Source of the DNA: an uncultured Methanomassiliicoccales archaeon
Lineage (GTDB): Archaea; Thermoplasmatota; Thermoplasmata; Methanomassiliicoccales; UBA472
Length of the DNA stretch: 64,000 nt
NCBI GenBank assembly: GCA_963695345.1
Contig: OY968769.1
Coordinates: forward strand, 1,056,001-1,120,000
Reading direction: 5' to 3'
Both the position numbers and the translations under genes were made by a program. The first letter of the stretch is position 1; the number at the start of each line of letters is the position of its first letter. Shown here one piece after another: positions 38,781-49,311 of this stretch. Below the pieces are notes generated by a model. The model saw only the letters and a list, made by a program, of their open reading frames with translations, searched no databases and had not been told where the DNA came from.

Positions 38781-41747
38781 TTGATATTCGATCGGATCGC
38801 AAGCGGTTTGACAAAGCATTACAAGAAGGTCCTAATAGTCTGGGTGATAGCCCTGCTGGTCTCTGTTCCGGCCATGATGCAAGTGAACAGCGTGGTCCAG
38901 TATCAGGAATCCCAGATGGCTTCGGGTAGCTACGAGTCCCTGAAGGCCCAGGATGTCATATCGCAACAGTTCCAGAGCTCGGTCTCCAACGGCACGATCC
39001 TTGTGGTGATACAATCGAACGATGTCACCGACTCCGCTTCCAGGGATTTTGTCCTTGCACTTCAACAGGCGATAGCGGCCTCTAAGGACATTCGGTTCCT
39101 GGAGAACGTGACCTCAGCCTATTCGGCTACTGGTCTCATGATGGACCAGGTGGTTCTGCAGCTAGGTCCGGCCATGCGTCCGGCCGAAGCGCAGGTCAAC
39201 ATGAGCGCGTTCCTCCTCTACGGCATACCGGCGGTCCATATGTCCACCTGGGTCCAGGTCCATGTCGCCAATCCATCGCTGAACGTCACCGACACCGATG
39301 CCCTGACGTTCAATCAGACCAAGGCGTACCTCGACGCCTATCTTCAAACTGTGGACCCTCAGACCAGCGCCTTGGCATACCAGTACTACTTCTCCATAAC
39401 CAACGTCTGGAACGGCACCTCGTCTGACCTGACCTTGGCGGCCGACCCCATCGCCCGGATCAATTACTGCATCACCAACGTGGCCCCGGGGTTCATAGCA
39501 GCCCTGCCATCACCAATCACCGAAGCCCAGAAACAGGTCATGTACGCAGTACTGGCATCCTTCGATCTGGAATCGTTCTCTAACCAGACCGCGGTCCACG
39601 GGTTCATGCTGGGGATGATCGGCGGGATGGCCGGCGTCACCAACATGACCTACCTGCAGGCCATCTATGACCTCGGACCGACATACCAGCAAGCGGCGGT
39701 ACACGCCTTCAATGAGAAGGTGATCAGCTCCGGTACGCTCGCCACCTACCCGATCCAGCTCCCGGACCAGCTGCTCAGCAATCTGGTCGCGCCGAACAAC
39801 AAGACCATGCTTTTCATGGCCACCTTCACGGTGACATCCGCCTATACCGAAAGCACCGGAGTGAAACCTCTGGTACAGGATGTCAACCTCATTCGTGACA
39901 TCATCTCCCAGATAAAATCCGAGACCGGGGCGACGGTTACCGTCTACGTGACTGGAGACGCGGCTATTTCGTCGGACATGGAGTCCAGCTCCATGAATGA
40001 TATGGCGATCATCGAACCTCTCACCATCATCATCATAATCGTCCTTATGGGGGTGCTCTTCCGGTCGGTCGTGGCGCAGTGGATCCCCCTCGGGGCGGTA
40101 GGCGTGGCGCTGGGGGTCAGCCAAGCCCTGGTGTTCGTCATCGGCTCCCTGGTGGCCAATATCCAGTACACAGTCCTGACGATGCTTTTCGTGGTGCTGA
40201 TGGGTGTGGGCACGGACTACTCCATCTTCCTCATGACCCGTTATCGGGAGGAACGGATCAAGGGGGCGACACGGGAGCAGGCCGTTCACACCTCGGTCAC
40301 CTGGGCGGGCGAATCCATCGTGACCAGCGGAGCCACCGTCGTGATAGCGTTCTTCGCGATGGGGCTTTCGTCCTTCTCAATGGTACAGACGATGGGTCTC
40401 GTGCTCGGCATGGCGATAGTGGTCGCACTGCTCGTGGCGCTGACCTTGATACCGTCATTGCTGATGCTCCTGGGCAACAGGATATTCTGGCCTACCACCG
40501 GGGACCGGTGGAAGAGGTTCACGGAGAAGACCATGCAGAAAAGGAAGGATGGCAGGCACGGTTATTTCCACCGGGCGGCAAAGTTCTCGGTCCGCCATGC
40601 CAAGGTCATCCTTGTCGCATCCGCCCTGGTCTCCGTACCGGCCACCTATCTGTATCTCACCACCGAGACCAGTTTCGATTTCATTGGCAGCATGGGCACG
40701 TCCGAAAGCACCACCGGTATGAATGCCATGTCCGCTGATTTCGGTGCCGGAAGGATCATGCCGACGGATATCGTGTTCGCCGGAAGCATTGTGGTCTACA
40801 ACGGGACCAACTTCAACATGGCCTATCTGGATGCCATAGAGAACGTCTCCAAGACGGTGGCCGGCAATTCATTGGTACAGCAAGTCACGGGCCCGACCCG
40901 ACCCTACGGTACCGCAATAGATTATCATAACATATCCTCGCTGCCTGCGGAGACCCAGGCACAGACGGTCCAGGCCATGCTCCAGAGCGTGGGAAAGGAC
41001 AACAGGAGCGTTCTCCTCACCGTCGTGCTCAAGGATCAGCCAATGGCGGCGAAATCGGTCAACCTGATGCCGACCCTGAGGAGCGAGGTTGCCCAGCAGA
41101 AATCCGTCGAGCCCTTACTGGCCGGCACCAGCATCATGGTCGGTGGCTCCACCGCGGTGATCTATGACCTGAGCATGCAGATGAACGAACAGTTCGGGAC
41201 CATCGAACTGCTCGTGGTCATCGGCATCTTCATCGTGCTGATGATCGTCCTGGGCTCCCTCCTGCTGCCGACGTTCGCGGTCATCTCCATTGCCATGAGC
41301 ATCTCCTGGTCCTTCGCCGCCACGTCCCTGGTCTTCGGAACATGGCTGGACAAGCCCATCCTCTGGATGGTGCCGTTGATCCTGTTCATAATGCTGATGG
41401 GCATAGGCATGGACTACAACGTGTTCATCCTGACCCGCATCCGGGAAGAGGTGCACAAGGGCAAGGATACCAACGAAGCGGTGGTTGACGCGGTCGACTG
41501 GACTGGAGGCATCATAACGGCATTGGCCCTGATAATGGGCGGTGCTTTCGGTTCCATGATGCTTTCCAGCAACACCATGCTGCAGGAGTTCGGATTTGCA
41601 CTGGCCTTCGCAATACTGGTGGACGCCATGGTGGTCCGTACCTACATCGTCCCGGCGGCCATGTCGCTGATGGGAAAGCGTGCCTGGTGGGCGCCAGGCA
41701 GGTTGCAGAGGGAAGGCCGCCAGGAGAAGTCGGAAAAACAGGAATGA
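38781..41747 (+). CDS. MMPL/RND family transporter
   Basis: Two RND halves: GVGTDYSIFLMTRYREE and GIGMDYNVFILTRIREE. Confidence 0.92.
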   Translation: MIFDRIASGLTKHYKKVLIVWVIALLVSVPAMMQVNSVVQYQESQMASGSYESLKAQDVISQQFQSSVSNGTILVVIQSNDVTDSASRDFVLALQQAIAASKDIRFLENVTSAYSATGLMMDQVVLQLGPAMRPAEAQVNMSAFLLYGIPAVHMSTWVQVHVANPSLNVTDTDALTFNQTKAYLDAYLQTVDPQTSALAYQYYFSITNVWNGTSSDLTLAADPIARINYCITNVAPGFIAALPSPITEAQKQVMYAVLASFDLESFSNQTAVHGFMLGMIGGMAGVTNMTYLQAIYDLGPTYQQAAVHAFNEKVISSGTLATYPIQLPDQLLSNLVAPNNKTMLFMATFTVTSAYTESTGVKPLVQDVNLIRDIISQIKSETGATVTVYVTGDAAISSDMESSSMNDMAIIEPLTIIIIIVLMGVLFRSVVAQWIPLGAVGVALGVSQALVFVIGSLVANIQYTVLTMLFVVLMGVGTDYSIFLMTRYREERIKGATREQAVHTSVTWAGESIVTSGATVVIAFFAMGLSSFSMVQTMGLVLGMAIVVALLVALTLIPSLLMLLGNRIFWPTTGDRWKRFTEKTMQKRKDGRHGYFHRAAKFSVRHAKVILVASALVSVPATYLYLTTETSFDFIGSMGTSESTTGMNAMSADFGAGRIMPTDIVFAGSIVVYNGTNFNMAYLDAIENVSKTVAGNSLVQQVTGPTRPYGTAIDYHNISSLPAETQAQTVQAMLQSVGKDNRSVLLTVVLKDQPMAAKSVNLMPTLRSEVAQQKSVEPLLAGTSIMVGGSTAVIYDLSMQMNEQFGTIELLVVIGIFIVLMIVLGSLLLPTFAVISIAMSISWSFAATSLVFGTWLDKPILWMVPLILFIMLMGIGMDYNVFILTRIREEVHKGKDTNEAVVDAVDWTGGIITALALIMGGAFGSMMLSSNTMLQEFGFALAFAILVDAMVVRTYIVPAAMSLMGKRAWWAPGRLQREGRQEKSEKQE

Positions 41748-41780
41748 ACCGCACCTAAGTTTGACCGGAGCCCGGACCGG

Positions 41781-43472
41781 CTATCGCCAGTCATCTTTCT
41801 GCCCGGCGCGGCTCCTGGTCAATCCCTTCGCGGATAGGTACTCATATGCCGAGATAGCGGCCACGGCACCCTGACCCACCGACACCGATATCTGTTTCTC
41901 CGCCACGTCCGTAACGTCGCCTGCCACGAACAGGCCAGGCGTTGGGGTCGACTGATCCTTATTGGCAATGACCTCTCCGATCTCGTTCATAGGCGCCAAC
42001 CCCCGCAACGGTGAGGAGTTCGGACTGAGGCCGACCTCAAGGAATACCCCGTCCACCAATAGGTCGAACCCCTCCCCTCCATCGATCGGGGCGATCCTTA
42101 TTCCCGAGAGCTTCTGCTCTCCAAGGAACGATTCCACCTTCATCGGCGTGTGGACCTTCACTATATCGGAGCCGAGCACTTGTTGGACCAGTAATTCGTC
42201 GGCGGTGAAGTTCGTCCTCCGGTGGACCAGATGGACCTCGCGGACGAACTTGAGCAGGTCTCGAGCGGATGAGAAGGCGGAATTACTGCCGCCTATCACC
42301 GCCACCCGTTTGTCCTGGTAGAGGGGCGCATCGCAGTTGGCACAGAAGCCGATCCCCTTGCCTATGAAACGCTCCTCGTTCGGGACCCCCAGTTTCCGGT
42401 ACTCCTTTCCGGCACAGTAGATGACGGCATTGCCAGCGAACCTCCTTCCATCTACGGTCGTTATCGCGAAGAAATCGCTTTCCTTGCGGACGTCTATGAC
42501 CGCGCTCCCGATCGCCTCGGAGACCGGGTACCTTTCAAAGTGCTCACGGAACATTTCGGACAGATCACCTCCGCTGATGGAGGGAAAGCCGAGGTAGTTG
42601 TCCACGCTGCCGGTGTATGTCATCTGCCCGCCGACACTGGATGCGATGATGGCCACATCCAATCCCTTTCTGGCCGCATAGAGAGCCGCGGACATGGCGG
42701 CTGGACCGGCACCGATGACAAGGACCTCATACCGGTGGCTTTGATCGGCTTTCTTGGCCTTCCTGACGCCTTCGGATTCCCGGATCATGTCCTCTATCTG
42801 ACGATATGCTTCCGGGTCCACCGCCTTGAGGACCTCCAGAAACAGGTTGGCTGGAGGGACCGCACCATCAAAGGAGTGCGTCTCATTGATCACGGTCTTG
42901 GGCACTCCATACACCTCATAGCGCTGGACCACCTGGGGATATTCCGATGACTCGACCATGTCGGCGGTGATCCGGTCGTTGACGAAGGCGAACTGGTGAG
43001 CTACGTGCACCATCTTGGGGCAGTAGGGACAGGTCAATGTGACGATCACCTGGATGTGCACATCCTTGTCGATGGCTTTGACCATCCCCTCCATTTCCGA
43101 AGGCAATCCGGAATGGCCGGTCGAAGCCATCATGAGGGCCGAAAGGAAGGATGGGAATTCGTAGCCGAGGGGGACGCCGTAGAACCTAATGCCGTTCTCC
43201 TTCTCTCCTATCAACAGGGTGGCGGGTACCTTACTGACCCTGTACCGGGCTGCCATTTCCTGGTCCTCGTCGATATCTCGGCTCTCGAGGGTGATCTTAT
43301 CCGATAGGGCCGCTACGTCCTGCAGCAATTGGGTCTGGGTCGCACAGCTGGGACATCCTTCCTTCTGCGTGAAAAGCAATAATCGGACCGGCATTACCAT
43401 ACCCTGGAGGACCTTGGAGAGTTCCGCCCTGCTCTTGTCATCGATAATACTGGTCTCCCCGGCCTCGGTCAT
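41781..43472 (-). CDS. Protein disulfide oxidoreductase (PDO) fused to thioredoxin reductase (AhpF-like)
   Basis: N-terminal CPSC, RFYGVPLGYEF and CPYC; C-terminal GAGPA, FCANCD, GGSNSA and AGDVT. Confidence 0.88.
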   Translation of the reverse strand: MTEAGETSIIDDKSRAELSKVLQGMVMPVRLLLFTQKEGCPSCATQTQLLQDVAALSDKITLESRDIDEDQEMAARYRVSKVPATLLIGEKENGIRFYGVPLGYEFPSFLSALMMASTGHSGLPSEMEGMVKAIDKDVHIQVIVTLTCPYCPKMVHVAHQFAFVNDRITADMVESSEYPQVVQRYEVYGVPKTVINETHSFDGAVPPANLFLEVLKAVDPEAYRQIEDMIRESEGVRKAKKADQSHRYEVLVIGAGPAAMSAALYAARKGLDVAIIASSVGGQMTYTGSVDNYLGFPSISGGDLSEMFREHFERYPVSEAIGSAVIDVRKESDFFAITTVDGRRFAGNAVIYCAGKEYRKLGVPNEERFIGKGIGFCANCDAPLYQDKRVAVIGGSNSAFSSARDLLKFVREVHLVHRRTNFTADELLVQQVLGSDIVKVHTPMKVESFLGEQKLSGIRIAPIDGGEGFDLLVDGVFLEVGLSPNSSPLRGLAPMNEIGEVIANKDQSTPTPGLFVAGDVTDVAEKQISVSVGQGAVAAISAYEYLSAKGLTRSRAGQKDDWR

Positions 43473-43782
43473 ATATCGGTCGCCCTCTCAGAACAATTGT
43501 GGGGACTTAGGCCAAATACCTTACTGAGTCGAACTATTGAGGCGATATCTCGAGCCCCGATGCATGATCATTGGGAGGAGCGATGTTGTCAGGCGGCCGA
43601 ATGGAAATGTGATCGCGGGATATCACCGATGTGGCATGGACATGAATCCGATAGGCGGCTGCCCAGGATGCCGATAATTGGCTATGGCACCCTCCCAAGA
43701 TAATATCAGTCAAGACCATAACAGGAAGGGCGCCCGAGCCATCTCCTGTTGAATCATTGACAGGATTCGCAGCTCGCCTTGA

Positions 43783-44319
43783 ATGATTTTAATCTCAGAA
43801 GAGCATGTGGCAGCGGAGACATCGACCGTGTTCAACAACGACCGTGAAGACCTGGGTAAAAAGGTCAAGGACTGGCTGGTCGAGGCCGGGATATACCGGG
43901 ACAAGGTCCCGGACGACAAGGCAAATTGGCACTATGTTGTGGAGATAGGCCCATCGGCCGTTCTGGACGTTGCCCAACAGAAAGGAAAGGAGGACATGGT
44001 CATCATCGCCTCCGGGATCACGCTCAGCCAGGTACATCACGAATCACTGCGGGCCATGGCCCGATCGAAGCGGGAGGAATTGCTCTGGGACATGCGGTTC
44101 CAACTACTCTTCCAGCCATGTGACTTCGTCATGTTACCGAGCGAGACCGACCTGCAGACCTTTCAGTTCACCCGCGGATTGTTCCAAGATGGCCTGACCA
44201 AACAGGGACTCATGGATGCCCTGGCGATGATCCATCGGTGCAAACTGTTCGTGAACTGGAAAATGATCCAGACATTCGGGGAGAGCCCCAAGCCTCTGGA
44301 CCGTGGAATCTACCAATGA
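43783..44319 (+). CDS. DUF2299-like archaeal protein
   Basis: VKDWLVEAG, ELLWDMRFQL and DGLTKQ motifs. Confidence 0.65.
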   Translation: MILISEEHVAAETSTVFNNDREDLGKKVKDWLVEAGIYRDKVPDDKANWHYVVEIGPSAVLDVAQQKGKEDMVIIASGITLSQVHHESLRAMARSKREELLWDMRFQLLFQPCDFVMLPSETDLQTFQFTRGLFQDGLTKQGLMDALAMIHRCKLFVNWKMIQTFGESPKPLDRGIYQ

Positions 44320-44366
44320 TGCCCTGACCCGATCGGGTCCTCATTTGGCAGGGCAAACTCCTTTTC

Positions 44367-44492
44367 TCATTCTTCGAACTGACGGGTCATTGAGCCCTTG
44401 ACCGTTTCATGCTTCGCCAACGCTGCCTCGAAGAGCCGATCGAATATCGGGAGGCCTCCCATGTTGCCGTATCCAACGAAACCGACCTTCAT
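44367..44492 (-). pseudogene. Internally deleted pyrroline-5-carboxylate reductase-like gene (41 aa)
   Basis: MKVGFVGYGNMG Rossmann start joined directly to a C-terminal helix GLPIFDRLFEAALAKH; ATGA overlap with the sfsA stop. Confidence 0.55.
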
Positions 44493-45247
44493 TGTTCCAC
44501 CACGCCAAATAGGTCCAATTTGAAGCAGGAGATGAGCTCGACACCGGTCGGATCCATTCTGAAGTTGATCTGCCAATTCTCCACCCCCTTCTGCGTGGCC
44601 CTCTTGACCGCCTCCTTCATCTCCTCCGCCATCCTTCCGTTGGCCTGAGGCACCCGGAACGGTGGAGAGTCAAAAAGATGACAGAGCAGGACAATGCCCC
44701 GCTTGCCCTCCGTTATATGGTCGGATATCTCGGTGAAGTGGCGCATGGTGCGCTCGAACGATGTGAAACCCTCAGTGGAGGAATGCTCCGGATATCCTTT
44801 GACCGTAAGCATGTGCAGCGGCGTCTTGACCTCCAGTAGCATGTCCTCGTTGATCAGGAAATCGATGCGCGATCCGCCCACTTTAACCTCCCTCCTGACT
44901 GTCCTGGCATCGCCCACCATTCCCCTCAGCGACCCGGCGCTGATGAAGAAACCCAGAATGTCATTGGCCTTGCCCTGGTCGATCCCGATCCATGATTTCT
45001 TGACCTTGGACGGTGGATCCAGGGAGATCGCCTCGACCGTGCCCCAGGTGGAGCGTTTTGGGTCATGGCTCTTCCCTACCAAGCAGGGAATATCCTTGAA
45101 AACGATGTCACCGACCCGCCCGGTAGTGGGACAGTGGCATCGGCGCGCCTCTCCGCCCACCTGCACGTTCATAATGAACCGGTTGGGCCTGGATGTTATC
45201 AGCCCTTCGACAAGGGCCTCACCGAACTCGTATCGTTCCTTGCTCAT
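44489..45247 (-). CDS. sfsA: SfsA family DNA/RNA nuclease
   Basis: RPNRF, HCPTTGR, REV...SRIDF and EVK motifs. Confidence 0.85.
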   Translation of the reverse strand: MSKERYEFGEALVEGLITSRPNRFIMNVQVGGEARRCHCPTTGRVGDIVFKDIPCLVGKSHDPKRSTWGTVEAISLDPPSKVKKSWIGIDQGKANDILGFFISAGSLRGMVGDARTVRREVKVGGSRIDFLINEDMLLEVKTPLHMLTVKGYPEHSSTEGFTSFERTMRHFTEISDHITEGKRGIVLLCHLFDSPPFRVPQANGRMAEEMKEAVKRATQKGVENWQINFRMDPTGVELISCFKLDLFGVVEQ

Positions 45248-45316
45248 CGGAGGGGAAGAGGCATGTGGACCATATCAAACCGACCGGAGCAACAATGAGT
45301 TATAGTCTGAGTGGCA

Positions 45317-45745
45317 ATGGAACGGGACGTGTCGAAAAAGACCAGGACGATCGTGCAGAAGGTCATCATTCCGGGTACTCCCGAGGAGGTCTTCGAGGCT
45401 TTCATTGACCCGGTGAAGCACTCCGAGTTCACCCATACCGAGACCACCGGAAGTCAGGAGGTCGGCGGGGAGATATCGGCAAGCGACGGGTACATAACCG
45501 CCAGGAACCTCGAGCTCCAGAAGGGCAAGAAGATCGTTCAGGAATGGTCCACCTCGGAATGGCCGGAGGGATATCCACCCTCCCTGCTGCAGCTGGACCT
45601 GAAGAAGGTGGAGGGCGGCACCGAGCTGACCATGACCCACTCAAAGGTCCCTGAGGAGCAGGCCGATGATTATGCCCAGGGATGGACGGACTACTACTGG
45701 AATCCGTTGATCGAGTATTTCGGGAGGTCCAGCAAAGAGGATTGA
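45317..45745 (+). CDS. SRPBCC/AHSA1 domain protein
   Basis: PEEVFEA, KIVQEW and GWTDYYW motifs. Confidence 0.85.
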   Translation: MERDVSKKTRTIVQKVIIPGTPEEVFEAFIDPVKHSEFTHTETTGSQEVGGEISASDGYITARNLELQKGKKIVQEWSTSEWPEGYPPSLLQLDLKKVEGGTELTMTHSKVPEEQADDYAQGWTDYYWNPLIEYFGRSSKED

Positions 45746-45761
45746 ACACCGGTTCGGACCT

Positions 45762-46331
45762 TCACTTTCTTACCGTGAATGTCTTGCCGACATTGAATGC
45801 CTCAGCCACTACCGGACCTATCGAAAGGTATGGACCGCCGGGGAAGGAATACAGCAGCGGCTTGAGGTCACTGACATCCACTTGACCTTCATGGACTACC
45901 GCCTTATCTATCTGGACCTGGACCACCTCTCCGATAACCAGATCCGTGCCGGCGAACTCGATTATCTTTACCAGCCTGCATTCCGCGTTGACCGGGCATT
46001 CGTCGGCAAAGGGGGCGGTCTTCAATGTTCCATAGCTCACGTTGAAGACCTTCGATTTATCCTGCGAATGACCGGAATTAATTCCGCAGAAATCGACCGC
46101 CGCCGCGCTGGACTCGCTGGGGATGTTGACGCTGAAGGTGGAGTTCTCCTTGATCCCGTCCATGGTGGCCCGGTCCTTGCCGAGCACGACTGCGATCATG
46201 GGAGGTTCGTCATCGAGTATGGTGAACCATGCGACAGCACAGAAGTTTGCCTTGCCCTTGACCATGGCCCCGACCAGGCATACCGGCATGGCCATCGGAG
46301 GGGCTTTGCTCCCGATCTGGATCTTTTCCAT
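45762..46331 (-). CDS. Flavin reductase family protein (flavoredoxin-like)
   Basis: MPVCLVGA...GKANF, FSVNIP, CGINSG...DK and ECPVNAEC motifs. Confidence 0.85.
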   Translation of the reverse strand: MEKIQIGSKAPPMAMPVCLVGAMVKGKANFCAVAWFTILDDEPPMIAVVLGKDRATMDGIKENSTFSVNIPSESSAAAVDFCGINSGHSQDKSKVFNVSYGTLKTAPFADECPVNAECRLVKIIEFAGTDLVIGEVVQVQIDKAVVHEGQVDVSDLKPLLYSFPGGPYLSIGPVVAEAFNVGKTFTVRK

Positions 46332-46448
46332 TGATATCGGCAACGATATGGAATACAGGCAAATTATTCCTTGCCCCCGGACCTGCGAATCAGATTGGTT
46401 TATTACCCATCCGTTCGAATAGAACAGCGAGGGAGAATCTTGACTGAG

Positions 46449-47327
46449 ATGCGCAGGGTCGTCAGGTCATCGAGAGGAAACCCAACTTCAGAAGGCGCTG
46501 GAGTTAGGCTGAAACGGGCATTCGGACCGGAGGATGTGAACCTTCTGGACCCATTCCTTCTCCTTGATCATTTTGGCTCGGAGAGTCCGGAGGATTACGA
46601 GGCCGGTTTCCCTATGCACCCCCACCGGGGCATCGAGACCATCACCTACATGATCAAGGGCAGCATGGAACACCGCGACAGCACGGGGAGGACCGGGGTG
46701 ATCAACGATGGAGATATCCAGTGGATGACGGCAGGTAGCGGCATCATGCACCAGGAGATGCCGCAGGCTTCACCGAACGGCATGGACGGGTTCCAGCTCT
46801 GGGTGAACCTGCCCAAGGCGCGGAAGATGATGGCCCCCCGCTATCGCGACATAAGAAAGGAGAACATACCTGAGGTGGAGATCAACCATCTTGTCAAGGT
46901 GAAGGTCGTCGCCGGAAGCGTCAAAGGAGTGGCCGGTCCGGTGAAGGACCTGATCGTGCCGATCGAGTACTTGGTCGTCCAACTGTCCCCGAACGGTTCC
47001 ATGGAACGGGAGATCGACAGCGGTCACAACGCCTTCGCCTACATATTCGATGGGAGCGCCAGGTTCGAGAAGGACGGTCCTCTCGTGGACCAGGAACATT
47101 TGGCCATCTTCGGAAAGGGAAACGGAGTGATGGTTGAGGCAGGTCAGAAAGGCGCCGCGCTTCTGCTGATATCGGGCAAGCCGATTAACGAACCCATCGC
47201 CTGGGGCGGGCCGGTGGTCATGAACACAGAGGAAGAACTGGAGACTGCGTTCCAGGAGATCCGCAATGGGACATTCATCAAATCCGCCGAGAAGGTCCTC
47301 GGAGCCATGCCCCATCAGGTGAATTGA
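46449..47327 (+). CDS. Pirin family protein
   Basis: DPFLLLD, HPHRGIETITY, WMTAGSGIMHQE, QLWVNLP and GPVVMNT motifs. Confidence 0.93.
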   Translation: MRRVVRSSRGNPTSEGAGVRLKRAFGPEDVNLLDPFLLLDHFGSESPEDYEAGFPMHPHRGIETITYMIKGSMEHRDSTGRTGVINDGDIQWMTAGSGIMHQEMPQASPNGMDGFQLWVNLPKARKMMAPRYRDIRKENIPEVEINHLVKVKVVAGSVKGVAGPVKDLIVPIEYLVVQLSPNGSMEREIDSGHNAFAYIFDGSARFEKDGPLVDQEHLAIFGKGNGVMVEAGQKGAALLLISGKPINEPIAWGGPVVMNTEEELETAFQEIRNGTFIKSAEKVLGAMPHQVN

Positions 47328-48131
47328 ATGGGCTCTGACGGCCGGGACAGGATGCCGGCGGTTTTCATCGGGCACGGTTCGCCGATGAACGCGATCGAGG
47401 ATAACGATTACACGAGAAGCCTCAATCGGCTCGCCCGGGAGATTCCGAGGCCCCAGGCAGTCCTGGTGGTCTCGGCCCACTGGCTGACCAAGGGCACCTG
47501 CGTCAGCTGCCTCCAGCGACAGGAGACCATCCATGACTTCTATGGTTTCCCGAAGGGACTATACCAGATCGAGTATCCGGCGCCGGGCGCACCGGCGCAT
47601 GCCAAGATCCTCTCGGAGATTTCGTCGGGGCAGGTCAGATGTGACCTCTCATGGGGACTGGACCACGCCTCCTGGGCTGTGCTGAAGCATATCTATCCGA
47701 AGGCTGACATTCCGGTCTTCGAGCTCAGCCTGGACTATTTTCCGGGAACCTTTGATGAAAAGCCGGTGAGGCACCACTACGATTTGGCGAAGGGGCTGGC
47801 GAGGATCAGGGATGAGGGTGTCCTGGTGCTCGGGTCGGGGAACGCCGTGCACAACCTGAGAATGATCGATTTCCATAACGCGGACGCAGTTCCTTACGAA
47901 TGGGCTAAGGATTTCGACGAGGAGTTGAGGAAATGCCTGGTCTCGGGAGATGATGATGCATTGATCGATTTCCGAACCCTGCCGGGAGGAGACCTGGCCG
48001 TCCCGACATTGGACCATTACCTCCCGATGATATACACCCTTGGCATGAGGCAGAGTGGTGAATCGCTGGAGTTCATTCATGAGGGATTCCAGAACAAATC
48101 CATCTCGATGAGGTCCTTCATGATCCGCTGA
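47328..48131 (+). CDS. ygiD: 4,5-DOPA extradiol dioxygenase family (YgiD)
   Basis: FIGHGSPMNA, SAHW, HDFYGFP, GLDH, GSGNAVHNL and PTLDHYLP motifs. Confidence 0.88.
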   Translation: MGSDGRDRMPAVFIGHGSPMNAIEDNDYTRSLNRLAREIPRPQAVLVVSAHWLTKGTCVSCLQRQETIHDFYGFPKGLYQIEYPAPGAPAHAKILSEISSGQVRCDLSWGLDHASWAVLKHIYPKADIPVFELSLDYFPGTFDEKPVRHHYDLAKGLARIRDEGVLVLGSGNAVHNLRMIDFHNADAVPYEWAKDFDEELRKCLVSGDDDALIDFRTLPGGDLAVPTLDHYLPMIYTLGMRQSGESLEFIHEGFQNKSISMRSFMIR

Positions 48132-48253
48132 CGAGGGGGCTAAGAATACTCTTCGGGTTCAAGCCCTGCGACCCCCGATCATGAACAACTAATTATTACC
48201 TGGCGCTCCGCTCAATACGACTATCCCGATTTGGGCGCATGCGAGGTTAGACA

Positions 48254-48808
48254 ATGGAATCATTCACGGTCATCGATGTGAATTGGAAAGGGCAGGTGCT
48301 GCGCGGGGTGTTGGCCATCATCATAGGATTGCTCATGGCGTCACTGCCAGGCCTTACACTGTTAGCGGTCACACTGCTGATAGGGGTCTTCGTCCTGATG
48401 CTGGGAGTGATGGCGATCGTCCTGTTCCTGTCCCTCGAGGAAAAGGGGCGGGGGACGCCCCTCCTCCTGGAAGGAATCCTCGGAATAACCTTCGGGGGGG
48501 TGACGTTTATCTGGCCGAACATCACCACGCTCTTGCTGATACTGCTGCTGGGAGTGTGGTGCCTCATCGAAGGTTTGGTCCAGCTGTCCGCCGGGTTGAC
48601 CATGGCCAGAAATGCCGCCGTGAGGGCGATTGTCATGGTCTCCGGTGCGCTGAGCGTAATGATCGGGCTTATCTTCATCGCAGCCCCGGGAGAAGGGGCG
48701 TTGGCCTTGATATGGCTGATCGGACTGTTCGCCATCGCCTTCGGTGTGTTAGGCGTTATCTATGGCCTGATGGTCCGTTCGATGTACCGGGCGGAGGGGA
48801 TGAGCTAG
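48254..48808 (+). CDS. HdeD/DUF308 family membrane protein
   Basis: LRGVLAIIIG start and repeated G...G hairpins; about 6 TM segments. Confidence 0.82.
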   Translation: MESFTVIDVNWKGQVLRGVLAIIIGLLMASLPGLTLLAVTLLIGVFVLMLGVMAIVLFLSLEEKGRGTPLLLEGILGITFGGVTFIWPNITTLLLILLLGVWCLIEGLVQLSAGLTMARNAAVRAIVMVSGALSVMIGLIFIAAPGEGALALIWLIGLFAIAFGVLGVIYGLMVRSMYRAEGMS

Positions 48809-48837
48809 AACGGAATGACCGATGGAATGGGGACGGA

Positions 48838-49311
48838 TCATATCTCCCGGGTCATCATGTGATCGTATATCCGGAATCCGTGCTTCTGGTAGAAGTCGAT
48901 GCTCGGGCGGTTCATGGCCGATGTCCTCAGTTCGACCCGTTTGACTTCCTTCTCTCGGAACCATTCCAGCGCCGATTCGACGAGGGCGCTGCCAGCCCCC
49001 GCACCCCTCTGTCCCTCCCTAACAGCGAGGTCGGATAGGATACCGACGACCCTCTCCGTGAATACCGGCGGACGATGATGCACATAGCTCAGGCAATATC
49101 CGAGCATACTGTCGCCTTCCATTGCCACCAGTACTAGCGATTCTTCCTGGCCCATCCGTTCGAGGATATACTCGCCGAACTGGAGATGCCCGTCCGCGAC
49201 CGTGCCGTAAAATGGGTCGATCCTCTGGTGGTATTCCATGAACTGCTTCCAGACCTCCATTATCTGGACCAGGTGGGTCCGGTCTGCCCGGACGATCGTC
49301 GCCGTTGACAT
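48838..49311 (-). CDS. GNAT acetyltransferase
   Basis: LAV...QRGAGAG and N..SIDFYQKHGF motifs. Confidence 0.88.
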   Translation of the reverse strand: MSTATIVRADRTHLVQIMEVWKQFMEYHQRIDPFYGTVADGHLQFGEYILERMGQEESLVLVAMEGDSMLGYCLSYVHHRPPVFTERVVGILSDLAVREGQRGAGAGSALVESALEWFREKEVKRVELRTSAMNRPSIDFYQKHGFRIYDHMMTREI

